Below the pieces are notes generated by a model, which did not search any database, was not told where the DNA came from, and saw nothing but the letters and a program-made list of their open reading frames with translations. Of a stretch of 53,000 bases of DNA, positions 10,304-22,500 are shown piece after piece. Location: the IMG/VR virus record IMGVR_UViG_3300031631_000003, positions 1-53,000 of that record. One strand, given 5' to 3'. Positions within the stretch are counted from its first letter, which is position 1; each line of letters opens with the position of its first letter. Position numbers and translations under genes: made by a program. Source of the stretch: a virus (taxonomy: Duplodnaviria; Caudoviricetes).

Positions 10304-11508
10304 TGAGTAGATTAACAGATTTTTTTAAGACAGGCGGGCAATACGAACATTCTCCTATGATGCATGTTCAAGATCAGAAGGCTGACGGTGTAAACGGTGG
10401 TACAAGTGTAACTGGAAGAAATAATAGAACACTTAATACTGTGTTAGGTAGCAATGAGATAATTGGAGCTTCATTATCATCAAATTTAGTCACACTGCCG
10501 GCAGGAGAGTACTATATTCAAGGTTCTGCTGTAGGGTACTCAAGTCCGTACGTAAGAACTATAGTGGAGACATCTACGGGAACAGAATTATTAAGAGGGG
10601 CGAATGACACAGGAAATATTACCTCTTTTGTCGGGGGTCGTATAACTTTAGCTTCATCTACTGATATTCAACTAGTATCATTTATCGAAGCAGGACTCGC
10701 AACTAAAGGACTTGGCAGGGCGTTTGGAACTGGTGCATCCACAGGGGTTGAGGTTTACGCAGACCTTAAGATATGGCAACTAGACGCAATAAAGACAAGC
10801 CCAATAATCCACGACAACAAGCTCTACCCACTCCCAGGGAACACATACGTTACAGGTGATATGTATGGACTTGAGTACAGTTACACGTCAGCTAATAGTA
10901 TCACGGTAGATGCTGGTATCTGCTATGACAGCTTGAACACTACGCTACTCACTGGATCAGCCTCTCAAGCGGTTGCCATAGGGACTACAATTAATCAGAT
11001 ATACAACTTGTTCCTTTGTGATGATGGGTTGGTTAAGACTGATACTAATGTTGAAGGTACTACGTTGCTGGCTGGTAGTGTCACTGCTTTGCGATGGATT
11101 GGGTTTGTAAGGACTAATAGCGCTGGTGAGGTATGCGACTTCGCTATGAATGGAGATACTTACGCATTTGCTCAGGCATCTAAGTGTACATTTGTTTCTG
11201 GGTTTACTTCAACTACATATGTTCCTATAGATTTGTCTCCTATTGTTCCTGTTAGCAGGGTAGATGAGGTTTATATTGGTTGTTCTGCTTCTAATGTGTA
11301 TAACAGTTGCATTAGCATATCTAAAGATGCTGTGAATGTCGTGACATTCACAATGGGGTATACAGTTATCACTGACATATTCGTTACTTATGGTTACAGC
11401 GGCGCAGCCTTTGCTCTAAGACAGATACCGATAAGTTCAGCATTATTTATGAAGACTGATAGTGGAACTAACAGCATGGCAGTACCTCAAGTAACTCTAA
11501 AACGATAA
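10303..11508 (+). CDS. Tail fibre / receptor-binding protein
   Basis: Beta-rich, 'TLPAGEYYI' fibre motif, located in the tail cluster. Confidence 0.6.
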   Translation: MSRLTDFFKTGGQYEHSPMMHVQDQKADGVNGGTSVTGRNNRTLNTVLGSNEIIGASLSSNLVTLPAGEYYIQGSAVGYSSPYVRTIVETSTGTELLRGANDTGNITSFVGGRITLASSTDIQLVSFIEAGLATKGLGRAFGTGASTGVEVYADLKIWQLDAIKTSPIIHDNKLYPLPGNTYVTGDMYGLEYSYTSANSITVDAGICYDSLNTTLLTGSASQAVAIGTTINQIYNLFLCDDGLVKTDTNVEGTTLLAGSVTALRWIGFVRTNSAGEVCDFAMNGDTYAFAQASKCTFVSGFTSTTYVPIDLSPIVPVSRVDEVYIGCSASNVYNSCISISKDAVNVVTFTMGYTVITDIFVTYGYSGAAFALRQIPISSALFMKTDSGTNSMAVPQVTLKR

Positions 11509-11524
11509 CAAAGGAGATAACAAT

Positions 11525-12142
11525 ATGAAATTCGCATATAAACCAGATCACACAGTAACAGGATACAATAGAGCAGCAACAGCAGGAACCGATGAGATCA
11601 CCGGAACCTGCACACCTCAACATTGGAACGTAACACCTCCAGAACATTCAACAGATGTACGCTTTTATGTTGAAGTTGGTGGAGTTCCGGTAGCCAAATC
11701 ACAGACAGAGATAAATCTTATTATAGCGGATGAGGACAGAAACAAAGCTTACCAATCACAAGCAGCAGCCATCGAGACAAAGAAACGCACCGAGAACGAG
11801 AAACCATTCCCTTACAACGGGCAGACATACAAATCAGACGCTTCAGCAAAGAATGATGTTGAGGGTGTTCTTGGGCAGTGTGCTTTGTATATCGGATCTG
11901 CAAGTATCCCAACGTTTCCTGTCACCGGCTCCCTTACGGGGAAGTGGTTAACTGAAGAGGATGTCGCGGTACCTTACACCTGTGATGAGTTTAAGATATT
12001 TGCAAAGGGTTATTTTGATAGATTCTCCTGGAACTTTGACAACAGGGTGGTTCATCAGTTAATGTTAAAAGCAATGTATGATAATTCGGCAAAAACAGCA
12101 CAAGATATCCTTGATTACGATTTCTCAGAGGGGTGGCAATAA
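11525..12142 (+). CDS. Tail fibre assembly-like protein (DUF4376-like)
   Basis: 'F.YNG..Y.SD', 'W...D....' and C-terminal 'GW' motifs; follows the fibre genes. Confidence 0.5.
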   Translation: MKFAYKPDHTVTGYNRAATAGTDEITGTCTPQHWNVTPPEHSTDVRFYVEVGGVPVAKSQTEINLIIADEDRNKAYQSQAAAIETKKRTENEKPFPYNGQTYKSDASAKNDVEGVLGQCALYIGSASIPTFPVTGSLTGKWLTEEDVAVPYTCDEFKIFAKGYFDRFSWNFDNRVVHQLMLKAMYDNSAKTAQDILDYDFSEGWQ

Positions 12143-12789
12143 TGGGACAAACGGCAGAAACAGTACAGATATGGAATGACCAACTTGCGGCTGGTAAATC
12201 AAATGAATCTATTGTGAAGTGGATAACAGACGAACAGGCTGGTCTCCATAACAAGGCGCCAAGCGCGCCAAGCGCTCCAAGCGCTCCAGTTGCGCCCACA
12301 GTTGCGCCCACAGTTGCGCCACGGAAGAATTGGACTGATTATGTCACGCCAGATATGGATATGACAACCCAGATGGGTCAATACACCAGTGAAGATTCCC
12401 CGTTGATGATTGCGGCAGAGACCGCCGGTAAACGTCAACAGAACTCGCTTGGATTGCTGAATACTCAGGGTACTGTTTCCGCCGTTCAGAACAATATGTT
12501 TAACGCTGCACTACCAGTTGCAACCGCTGATGTCGATCGAGCAACAGTTGTTGCTCTTGATAAAATGGGAGATGATTTGCAGCGAGATGTTGTTGCTGCA
12601 AATATTACCGCATCCAATCAACAGATGATGGCAAAGATATGGGGTGATCTTGTTAATACTCAGGTGGCCACGATGGGTGCCGGAATTAACGACGGGTCAT
12701 GGACTCAGACAGGTCAAACAAATATTGAAAACGTTATTAACGCTTCTGGTAGTGCATTTAGTGGCTTCTTAGGCGTTCCATTATCATAA
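12133..12789 (+). CDS. Putative internal virion / ejection protein
   Basis: 'GLLN......A......ALP.A..D' pilot-protein-like segment; APS and APTV repeats. Confidence 0.55.
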   Translation: MAIMGQTAETVQIWNDQLAAGKSNESIVKWITDEQAGLHNKAPSAPSAPSAPVAPTVAPTVAPRKNWTDYVTPDMDMTTQMGQYTSEDSPLMIAAETAGKRQQNSLGLLNTQGTVSAVQNNMFNAALPVATADVDRATVVALDKMGDDLQRDVVAANITASNQQMMAKIWGDLVNTQVATMGAGINDGSWTQTGQTNIENVINASGSAFSGFLGVPLS

Positions 12790-12799
12790 GGAGATAGAT

Positions 12800-13342
12800 A
12801 TGGGAGATAATTGGTGGGGAGATGCATGGGATACAGTGACTGATACAACCGCTGGTTGGTTTGCTGACGATGAGGACACTTCAAATAACGCGGGACAGTT
12901 TAGTAATTCGAGTGTCTCTAACTACGACTCAAACGCTGACAATCCAGGCTCAGATGGTTTTAGTACCATAACCTACGACTCAAACGCTGACAATCCAGGC
13001 TCAGATGGTTTTAGTACCGTAACAGATAGCTTGTCCTCTTCGTTTTATGTTGATGATGATAGGTGGGATGTTAGTTACGACGATGAAAGTATCTGGGGAA
13101 AGGTAGGAGACTTTGCGGGAGATGCATGGGATACAGCAAGTGATTTTATAAACACACCAGTTGGTGGGAAGACGATCAGTGGTGCTCTCGGGATGCTCGG
13201 TCAGTATTTGATGGATGAAAGTGCGAGTGATAAATCAAGAGCGATGGTTGGTCAAGCTGAAGGTATGATGGGTGGTTATGATGGGCCACCAGAAGAGGAA
13301 AAGGTAGTTGAAGCGACCACCAGTAATTTGGGGAAATGGTAA
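12800..13342 (+). CDS. Putative ejection protein with internal repeats
   Basis: Acidic, Gly-rich; tandem 51-bp duplication (YDSNADNPGSDGFST twice). Confidence 0.5.
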   Translation: MGDNWWGDAWDTVTDTTAGWFADDEDTSNNAGQFSNSSVSNYDSNADNPGSDGFSTITYDSNADNPGSDGFSTVTDSLSSSFYVDDDRWDVSYDDESIWGKVGDFAGDAWDTASDFINTPVGGKTISGALGMLGQYLMDESASDKSRAMVGQAEGMMGGYDGPPEEEKVVEATTSNLGKW

Positions 13343-13348
13343 TAGGCT

Positions 13349-14329
13349 ATGGCTGATAATATCACACGTATAGAGGGTGATTCGACATCCCCAACTGGTA
13401 TGATAGGCTCCATGCAAGGAACGCCTAGTACATCAGCATCAACACCGGGATCAATGTCTGTTGATATGAGCAGCACTGTTGCTGGTATGGTTGAGAAGGG
13501 TGTAGGTATCGCCATGGGGATCGCTGAGATTGGCACAGGTGTCCCTGGTGGAACAGCTGCAATCTCAGGTGCTGTCACCGATACTGTAAGAGGTAAGGCT
13601 CCTGAAGATATTGGAGTCCGTGCTGCATCTACTGTTGGGAAGTCTGCACTTAACCAGGCTGGAGTGTTGAGTCCCATATCCGGCTATATGATTAGTACTG
13701 GTATGAATATGATAGATGAGTCGAATCGTGGTAACTACGCAAATTATGGATATGCTGCAACGAAGGCTGCACCGGCTGCTGTTGGTGCATTGGCGGGCAT
13801 GGCTGTGGGTGGCCCGATTGGTGGTTTTGTGGGTGGTATCCTTGGTGCTATGCTTGGTGCAAATTCACTTGAGAGTGGGTTCCTAGGTGATATGCTAAAC
13901 AGCAGAACCCATGAAATGAATAGAGATGCCCTGGCTGGACAGGGTTACGGATATGGTGATATTGCCGGAATAGTTGCCAATGATATTGATATGCAGTCAG
14001 GATTCACACCTAATGCAAGAGGTACAACGTCTCCAAATACATTCACCAACCCGAATGTCTCGAATAATACTGGTATGAATGTCGATACACCAAGTAATAA
14101 CGGTGTTGCGTCAGCTACAGCTAATAATCCACATGAACAGAATAACACCAATGCATCGTCAATGGCAGAACAAACAGCTAATAATCCACATGAACAAAAT
14201 TACGGAGTAGTAGACAATAGCCCAGGAGAATACTCAGATTATGGATATACTGTGGGCGGACTTGGTGGGGTAACTGGCGATGGTGATCAAAATAATGGGC
14301 CAGGTGACGGTGAAGACAACTATAATTAA
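13349..14329 (+). CDS. Putative ejection / DNA pilot protein
   Basis: Glycine-zipper hydrophobic segment (GALAGMAVGGPIGGFVGGILG). Confidence 0.55.
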   Translation: MADNITRIEGDSTSPTGMIGSMQGTPSTSASTPGSMSVDMSSTVAGMVEKGVGIAMGIAEIGTGVPGGTAAISGAVTDTVRGKAPEDIGVRAASTVGKSALNQAGVLSPISGYMISTGMNMIDESNRGNYANYGYAATKAAPAAVGALAGMAVGGPIGGFVGGILGAMLGANSLESGFLGDMLNSRTHEMNRDALAGQGYGYGDIAGIVANDIDMQSGFTPNARGTTSPNTFTNPNVSNNTGMNVDTPSNNGVASATANNPHEQNNTNASSMAEQTANNPHEQNYGVVDNSPGEYSDYGYTVGGLGGVTGDGDQNNGPGDGEDNYN

Positions 14330-14351
14330 AACAACAAACGAGGACAGACAA

Positions 14352-14819
14352 ATGGACAATAACGGAGTTTTAGGAAACCTGATGAATAACACGTATGGTC
14401 AGGATTTAATCAGAAACATCATCGGAACGATGTATACACCTGAGCAGATAAGTGCATTCAAGCCTGCTGACATGGCTGATGTATCAAAACGTGTTGGTGA
14501 TTTTATGAGTGATCCTAAGTGGACTCGGAATAATCCCATGCAGATGCAGCAGGGGCAGGGGCAACAAGTAGCATACGACAACGCATATGCTGCGACAGGA
14601 CAGGGGCAAACGTTGGCGCAGATGATCCCGAATCAGCCAGATTATGCTGATGCAACGACAAGAGCTTACAATGATTATTGGGGGTCACGAAGCACACCGT
14701 CGACACCATCTGCTCCATCTGCTCCATCTGCACCAAAAGCTCGACCAAAAGATGCAGTAACAGGGGGTGTCATCAGACAGGGTAAAATGACACCCACAAC
14801 ATATGAGAGCTACCGATGA
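14352..14819 (+). CDS. Hypothetical virion-associated protein
   Basis: Likely start MDNNGV after GAGGA RBS; PSA repeats. Confidence 0.5.
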   Translation: MDNNGVLGNLMNNTYGQDLIRNIIGTMYTPEQISAFKPADMADVSKRVGDFMSDPKWTRNNPMQMQQGQGQQVAYDNAYAATGQGQTLAQMIPNQPDYADATTRAYNDYWGSRSTPSTPSAPSAPSAPKARPKDAVTGGVIRQGKMTPTTYESYR

Positions 14820-15322
14820 GCAATGGAATGATTGATAATATGCAACAGGGTCAACAACCGCAACAGCAACAGGGTGGAACGTATCCTCAGAACGTAGAGG
14901 AAGCATCACAGTTTGTTAATGATATTATGCGGATGATTTACTCCGAGGGACAACCGGAGAAGATACTTGACGCGCTTACTGCTGGTGATAATATTGCTGC
15001 TGCTCTTGGGCAAACCGCTGGTGTTCTTGTTATGACGGTACTGACTAGACGCGAAGAGCAGACCGGCAGGAAACCCCACTTCAACTTGGTTATCAAGGGT
15101 TTGAAGCGAGCTATTGAAGAGATGTCCGACTTGATGGAGATGGCTGGAATACCCGCCCCAACTCCTGAAGAGCTGCAGGAAGCATCGCAGTATGCCGGTC
15201 AGGTTATAGAGAGTGCTGTCAACGGTAAACAGGGCGGTGGTCCACAACAGCCACCACAACAGCCACAACAGCCACAACAGCCACAACAGCCACAAGGACC
15301 ACCACAACAAGGGGTAATATAA
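14816..15322 (+). CDS. Hypothetical virion-associated protein
   Basis: 168 aa with a C-terminal PQQ microsatellite (CCACAACAG)n. Confidence 0.55.
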   Translation: MSNGMIDNMQQGQQPQQQQGGTYPQNVEEASQFVNDIMRMIYSEGQPEKILDALTAGDNIAAALGQTAGVLVMTVLTRREEQTGRKPHFNLVIKGLKRAIEEMSDLMEMAGIPAPTPEELQEASQYAGQVIESAVNGKQGGGPQQPPQQPQQPQQPQQPQGPPQQGVI

Positions 15323-16467
15323 TGGGCGCATACGAAGATGAATATGCTAGAGCTGCTGAAAATGCCTCAGGTAGAAAAGGTTACGAAGAAGGTTATCAGT
15401 CGGTGTATGGCACACCAGACACTGGAAGCAGTGGGACTGATTGGCGAGGTGTTGTCGGGTCATTGATGGTTGGTGGCTCTCAGGGTTGGTTGCAAGGCAA
15501 GCAGCAACAGTGGGCGCAGGAAGCTGCCGACATGAAGAAAAAAACAGCGAATCGATTACGCACCGAGGATCGAAGGTGGGCTGTTGAGGATCGTGATGCC
15601 AAGTATGGCTCGGCACTTGCTGTTGAAAACGCCAAACAAGCGGGTACTGCTTCTGAAGGTGCTCTTAATCGTGCCGGTCGTGAAACGGTTGCGGGTATTG
15701 ATGCAACCGGTCGCTCTAGTAAGTCCGGTGGGAAGACGATCAGTGGTACAGATATGAAGAATTTTCAGATTGTATTAAAAGACGTGAAACAGGAGTATCT
15801 TGATTGGGCGGAAACACAGGTTGAGGAGGCTGGCTGGCGCGACGATAAGGATGCACGTGCTGAAAAAGTAGCTGAAATGGCGAAAACTCGTTACGATCAA
15901 GATCCGCGTGTTGTAAATATTATGCGACAAATAGGTGCTCCTGAAACGCCAGAAACACAGCCTCGAATGATTGACGCTGATTCACCGAGTGCCGCGATTG
16001 CAATTCTTGGCAAGGGTAGTACTCCTCCGTTACCTGAAAGTATGACGATTGAGCGTACTGGTAAATCTATTGAGGAACCAGCGCCTATTGAGGTTAAACC
16101 GGATGGTGTTATCGGACAGATGCAGGACAAAGAATCCTTGGTTCGACGTGCTGCGGAAGGTGATGAGTCGGCAATTGAAGAGCTGAGATTGAGTGATGCA
16201 CGATCTCAGCTAAACGCTGATGCCCAGGGGCGTAGTATTATGGGTAAACTCAAGGAGTTCTCGAATTGGTCATCTGGTAAAGCGTCAGGTGGCAAACCGA
16301 TTATATCTGGCCTTGCCGCACGTGATCTCGCAAAACGAGCAGGGCTACCACCGGAAGCCGCTAAAAAGTTAGCAATGCCTGAATATATCGAGCTTGCTTA
16401 TGCTATTGATGAGGCATTAAACTCAGGTGACAAGGAGCTACTTGAAAAACTTCTCAAAGAACTGTAA
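15322..16467 (+). CDS. Putative internal virion protein
   Basis: 381 aa, helical, immediately precedes the giant ejection protein. Confidence 0.55.
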   Translation: MGAYEDEYARAAENASGRKGYEEGYQSVYGTPDTGSSGTDWRGVVGSLMVGGSQGWLQGKQQQWAQEAADMKKKTANRLRTEDRRWAVEDRDAKYGSALAVENAKQAGTASEGALNRAGRETVAGIDATGRSSKSGGKTISGTDMKNFQIVLKDVKQEYLDWAETQVEEAGWRDDKDARAEKVAEMAKTRYDQDPRVVNIMRQIGAPETPETQPRMIDADSPSAAIAILGKGSTPPLPESMTIERTGKSIEEPAPIEVKPDGVIGQMQDKESLVRRAAEGDESAIEELRLSDARSQLNADAQGRSIMGKLKEFSNWSSGKASGGKPIISGLAARDLAKRAGLPPEAAKKLAMPEYIELAYAIDEALNSGDKELLEKLLKEL

Positions 16468-16508
16468 TATGTCCAGAACCTGAAGACTAAAATAACACAG
16501 GATATACT

Positions 16509-19500
16509 ATGCCGATTACATATGATGAACTTGTCGATTCAGATGAGTTTTCCGCACTACCTTCTTCCGATAAGAATAAAGTTTTAAATCACTATGGGTA
16601 TGATTCATTGCCTGAAGTAAGCGAACGCGAGTCTCAACTGTCTGGAGAAGCGTTAAAAAACTATCAGGAAATGGGCGACTTCAAGCGTGGTCTATATGCT
16701 GGTGGGCATCAGGTCGAGGCAATAGCTGGTGGTGCCTTGGGTCTGTTCGGTGATGCCACAGGTCTGGACAAGCTCAGAGATCAAGGTTTTGACCGGTATC
16801 AAAAGAGTACTGCCGAGGCCGCGAAGTATCCTGGAGAAGTTGAAAAGATTGAGGACATAGGCTGGGAGTTCGGAAAGGCTGTCGATTGGGCGCAGGGTGC
16901 GTTCGGTGAACAGATTCCAACCCTAATCAGTATGGCTGTTGGTGGTGGAGTTCTGTCTGCTGGTCTCAAAAAAGCGTTACCGTCAGTGGTAAAGGCTGCT
17001 GTAAATAATAAGGTAAAGAAGGGCGTCGCATTAAATGTAGCTGAACAACAGGTTGCAAAACGATTTACTGACGCCGGTATCGTTATGACTGCTGGCACGA
17101 TGGAAGCTGGGGGAATGTGGGGGCAGGAGGCAAAAAAGCATGGAGTTGAGAATGTAAATGCTCTTACCACATCAATTGCCGGGCTTGCTGCAGGGTCGTT
17201 AGAATTGCTTGGTGTTGGTGGCGTTCTCAGTAAGGCCATGAACGGAATGGCCGGAACCACTCTTAAGCGCTTAGGTATTGAAGGATTTAAGGGCGTTGTT
17301 CGTGAAGGTACTACCGAGGGCGCTCAGGAAGTAGTTAGCATTTTAAATAGTAAGTATCACGATCCTACTGTCTCACTTACAGATAAGGAATCAATCAGTC
17401 AGATACTTAACTCTATAGCGACCGGTGCTCTTGTGGGTGGCGGTGTCTCTATGTCGACGGGTTTGTTGCCAGCGGCACCAACCCCAGAACAAGCAGACGC
17501 AACAGCAACAGAGCTTGAGAATACAACTGACAACGATGGTTTCAAATCTGTTAAGAACGTTGTGGAAGCGAATGAGATACGTCAAGCGTCCGGTGTTGTA
17601 GGTCAGTTCCAGGGTATTGATGAACAGTTCGCACCTGTTGGCGCTGGTAATATAAATACTGCTTCTATAACCGGAACAGTGGACGATATCACTGGTGGCG
17701 TAGCAGTTGATAACCTGGCAGATATCCAGAATCGTGCTCGAATTAGAACAGAAGGAAAACAGTTACAGGCCGATCTCGGGCTAACACCTGCTGACACCAA
17801 GGCAGATGCGACTGAACAGACAGAACCCACCAGAGAACAGACTGTCCTAATGAATGAGCCGCTTGCTGAGGAAGTTTTTCGTAAAACAAGTATTGGTGAA
17901 CCGTTAACTCCTGAAGAGATTGAGTATCGTGATGCGTTCGTTGCGGATAAAAAACGTGTAGGTAAAGCGGAAGCACTCGAAGCAAAGAAACAAGCTGAAT
18001 TTATTAAACTGTCTGGTGTTCAACAGGTTCCAGGGTATACCGAAACTGAAGTAACTGAACAGCCTGTATTTAAGCCAAGTAAGAAAGAAGCAACTGCGCT
18101 TGCTGATTCCGATCCACATCGTCAGGCTATGGAAAAAGCTAAGACTATGGGTGGTATCAACATTGAATCTGTGAAACAGATGTTTTCTCCCGAAACGTAT
18201 AAAGAATTAAGCAAGGCTGGATTGTTCACGAATGACGGTCAACAGATTGACGAGATTGCAACACAGCTTGGATACGCTGATGCGAAAGAGTTAGTCACAG
18301 CATGGGAGCAAACTGCATTAAAAAAAGATGCTGTATCCGATGCTATTGAGGAACAGCAAGCAGAGTTTGATATAGCTGAAGATGCGGCTCGAATTGCACC
18401 GGTTAATGAGCAGTCTCCCGAAGATTTCAAGATCCTTGCAGATGGTATGAAGTCTGGTCGGTATATTTTGAGCGATGAAGATATCGAAAGTATGGGTAGC
18501 CTAAGTATTCCTCAGAAAGCTGAGTTGTTGAGGATTAATAATCCAATAGATGGTAAACCAGTTGAAGCGACCAAGAAGGCAGACGAGAAAGGAGAAGCAG
18601 TCAGGGGTAAGGCACCAGAGGGTGAAGTTGCAGGAAGTGGAGCCCCAACCGCAGAACCTGGCGATGGCGGATTGTCTGATGGGGATATTCGGCCTGTCGA
18701 GGGTGGTATAGCCACGGGTAAGGAACAAAACACAGTCTATCTAGGGGATGAAACTCCCGATGCGCCTACAGTATCAAAGCGACGAACCATCGAAACCAAG
18801 GCAGATGGAACCGAAGGAACAGCTAGAGATTTCCAGAATGAAAGACGAGATCCGAAGAAACATAAAACGATCACCGAACAGAACGAATCGTTACCGGGTA
18901 ACACTGAAGCAATTATTGATTACGCAAGTGATTCATACGTGAAGTTTAAGAACGCTATCGAGTCCGTAGCTGTTAACAAGGAGAATTTACGAAGACTGTT
19001 CGATGAGGCTGGCACTGATTCAATTATAGTTACGGCAAACGGTGTTGAGTATCAGATATCAAGACCAGAACGTGGTAAGAATATAATATCACTTAATGCT
19101 GCTGGTCGTAAGCTGAGAAAAGAGATTCGTCAGAAGTACAAAGACGATGGATTACTGGAATATGATTACGATAAGGGTGTTACGCTGAATGTTCAGCCGA
19201 CATCTGATGTTGTGAGTAGTGCGTCAACTAATCCCGATCAAACACTCGAACAGGCCGCAATAGAGCATGTGAAGTTGCAACAGGAACTTGGCCTTGCATA
19301 TTATGACCGTCAGGCTATCAGGAAAAAGATAAAAGAAGAAACTCTTCCGCTACTAAAAGACAACGGGATAGGCAGCACATGGAGAGATAGTAAGTCTGAA
19401 TCCACGTTTTGGGTAAGTCGTAAAAAGACAGGTGAGGAATGGGCTGAAGGCTCTAAGGCTGAGTACGAGGATATTATGAACGAGATAATGTCCGATCCTG

Positions 19501-22500
19501 AAACCACAAGAGATGGTGGCGAAGAACTACAGACAGCCGGAGTATCAAAACTCCAAGCAATGCAAAAGAAAGGCAAGGATGCAGAAGCAGAAGCAGAAGC
19601 CGCTCTGCCACGATTCTCAATTGCTGATGATAACATACCAACACAGGTAACAGATAATGAAACCGGGAAGACTATCGATGTTGCTGAAGCTGCACAGACT
19701 GTTTACACCGATGGTATGAATCTTGGTAAGTTTATATCAGGTATGCGTAAAGCACTCGGTAAGGCTTACTCGAAGGTTCGGAGTTTTGTTCGTGGTCTGT
19801 TCAATGAGGTTAAGGCGTTTAATGACCGGCTTGGCGAGGTTGGTGCTGTTGGTGAGCAGGGGCAGAAACCTGTTGATGTGAAATCCAGAAACAAACAAAC
19901 CAAAACCCCAGCAAACAACAGCCAGGAAATAATCGATAAAAAGGGACAGGAGTTCCTAGACGGTATTACTGCAAGCGGTCTGGTCAAGTTTATATCACCT
20001 GATGCGATACAGGGTATACTTGATGGTATTAATGCCCGGTTTATGACAGCATGGCATGGTTCACCACATGAGGTTGATAAATTTTCATCCGACAAGATCG
20101 GCACAGGTGAAGGCGCACAGGCTTATGGACATGGGTTATATTTTGCTGAAAGTCGTGATGTTGCTGAGTGGTATCGTAAAAAACTTGGTGCAAGAGGGCT
20201 AATAACGAAAGATGGTAACTCAAGGTATCCTGCTGATAATATGATAACAGGATCGCCAATGGTTAGAGCGTTACTTTCATTGTCTGATGATTCATTCAAG
20301 AATAATAAAGAGAGAATCGCTGATCTTGAGAAACAGAAAAAAGACATAAAGGCTCGTTCAGATAGGGCTATTAAAAGTGGTGCAAAGCCAGATAGTTTAT
20401 TCATTAGGGATATGCGTGAAGAGTTCGAGAATGTAGATGAAGCAATCTCATTAATAGAGGATGGTGTAGCACTTGATTCGTCGGGGAAATTATACCAAGT
20501 AAAGCTTGCACCAAAAGAAGAAGAGTATCTTTTGTGGGACAAACCGCTTAGTGAGCAGAGCAAAGAGGTAATGGGTGCATTTGGGAAGATAAAAAACAAG
20601 GTCAGGCTTAAAAGTCTCCTAGTAGGTTTTGGCGGAAAGAAAGCTCTTTGGGCAGACGATGTCACGTATCAAATAAAGCAGCAACAAGAGTTTCACGACG
20701 GATCGACTCTCTATAACGGCCTAGAAAGAGCATTAGGCGGCAAAGCGGAAGCGTCTCAACTTCTGTCAAAAATCGGAATCCGAGGCATAAAATACGCTGA
20801 TGGGGCAACCAGAAATAAAGAAGACCAGAACTTCAACTATGTAATCTTTGATGACTCTGATGTAACAATCGAAGCAAGGTATTCCAAGGATGGCAAAATA
20901 GAAGCATTTACAATGCCTGACGGAACTATCTACATGGTGGATGGTAACATTGCGGAAGGTAACGCATATCAGACACTACTCCACGAAGCTGGTCATAGCC
21001 ACCTCCCTGCTGCTTTTACAGGTGACAGATGGAGTGGTATTCTTAAAACGTTTGAACGTCACTCAGGTAAGGATACTGCTACCGGTAAAGCTGTTAACGA
21101 AGCAAGAGCAAGAGTTCCTGAAGGAACCAAGCCAGAACACGTTGCTGAAGAACAGATCATGTATTTCATAACCAACAATGCCAATAAGGAACTGCCACTA
21201 TACAAGCGTATTATTGGTGCCATCCGCCGGGCGTTAGTATCTGTCGGATTTCCAACAAGCATGTTGCATCCTGATGATATGGTTGCTATGGCTGAGGGTT
21301 ATCTTGCTGGTCAGGGTAAGGCTGTAGGTAAATCTGATGGTGTTCGTTATTCAACAGCAGCAACACCTGCCACCAGACGCAAGCTGGGATTCATGGGTAA
21401 GATCGCGCCGTATATCAACATTACAGAGGATCAAAAAGATCAGATCGCGACGACATTATGGGATCGACTCGTACCTGTTAAGCGCATTCAAGGACGTGCA
21501 AAACGCAAGCTGAAGGAGTCCCAAGACTATCTACTACACCGTAGAGTTGCTGGTCGTAAGTCTGCCGATGAAGTAACACTGTTGAAGGATACCCAGATCG
21601 ACCCATTGTTAAAAACCATGGCGGATGCTGACTTAAGCATCAAGCAGGTTGGTGATTATCTATGGGCTGACCATGCATCTGAACGTAACATTCAGATGAA
21701 ACGTGTCCGGGCTATGGGATTCATACGAAATACCACCAACGCAATGACCGATAAAGAAGCATCTGAATTTAAGGATATGATATTCGATGCGAAACACAAC
21801 TCCGAGTTAACCCTTGCTGAAATTGATGATAAACGTGACGGCTATATAGATGTTATGGATTCTATGCAGGGTCGTGTGCAGGAATGGGAAGATAGTCTCG
21901 ATGTTCAGCGAGGTAAAGCCAAAACTGACCATGCTCTAAAGCTACTGAAGAACGCAGAAGATAGACTTCAAATGCGCAAAAACGTTATTGATAAATGGGA
22001 AGATGTTAAAGACCGCCTGTCAGGACTCACCAATGAGCAAGCTGAAACCAAGCTGGATGAGTTGGCATCACCAGAGATGAAAAAGATTGCTAAGTCGTGG
22101 CGTGAGATTAATGAGAACGCGTTACTGAAGAATCTTGAGGCTGGTGAAATCACACAGGGAGAATATGATAACATAACCAGACCATATAAAAAAGACGTGC
22201 CGTTATATCGTGAAGATCAGGATTTTGAGACTACTAAAGCACCAGTTGGATTGCAATCACTTGGTTCCATTGGTTCACCGATTAAGACAGAATACGGATC
22301 CACATCTGCTGTTGAAAATGTGATACCCCATATAGTTGATCGTGCTCAAGCTGCTATCGAGCGGAAACATAGACTTGATGGCGCAAAGATCCTATATGAC
22401 ATGGCGCTGAATAACCCTGAGATGGGACTTAGCTTATCGAAACAACCAACTGCACCAGCGTATGATAACGATGGAAATCTTATCAGACAACCTAAACACG

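Noticed and set aside
14906-15331. Antisense 'LWLLWLLW' ORF and other opposite-strand ORFs in the track
   Set aside because: They are shadows of PQQ repeats and of real genes, with no RBS or operon context.
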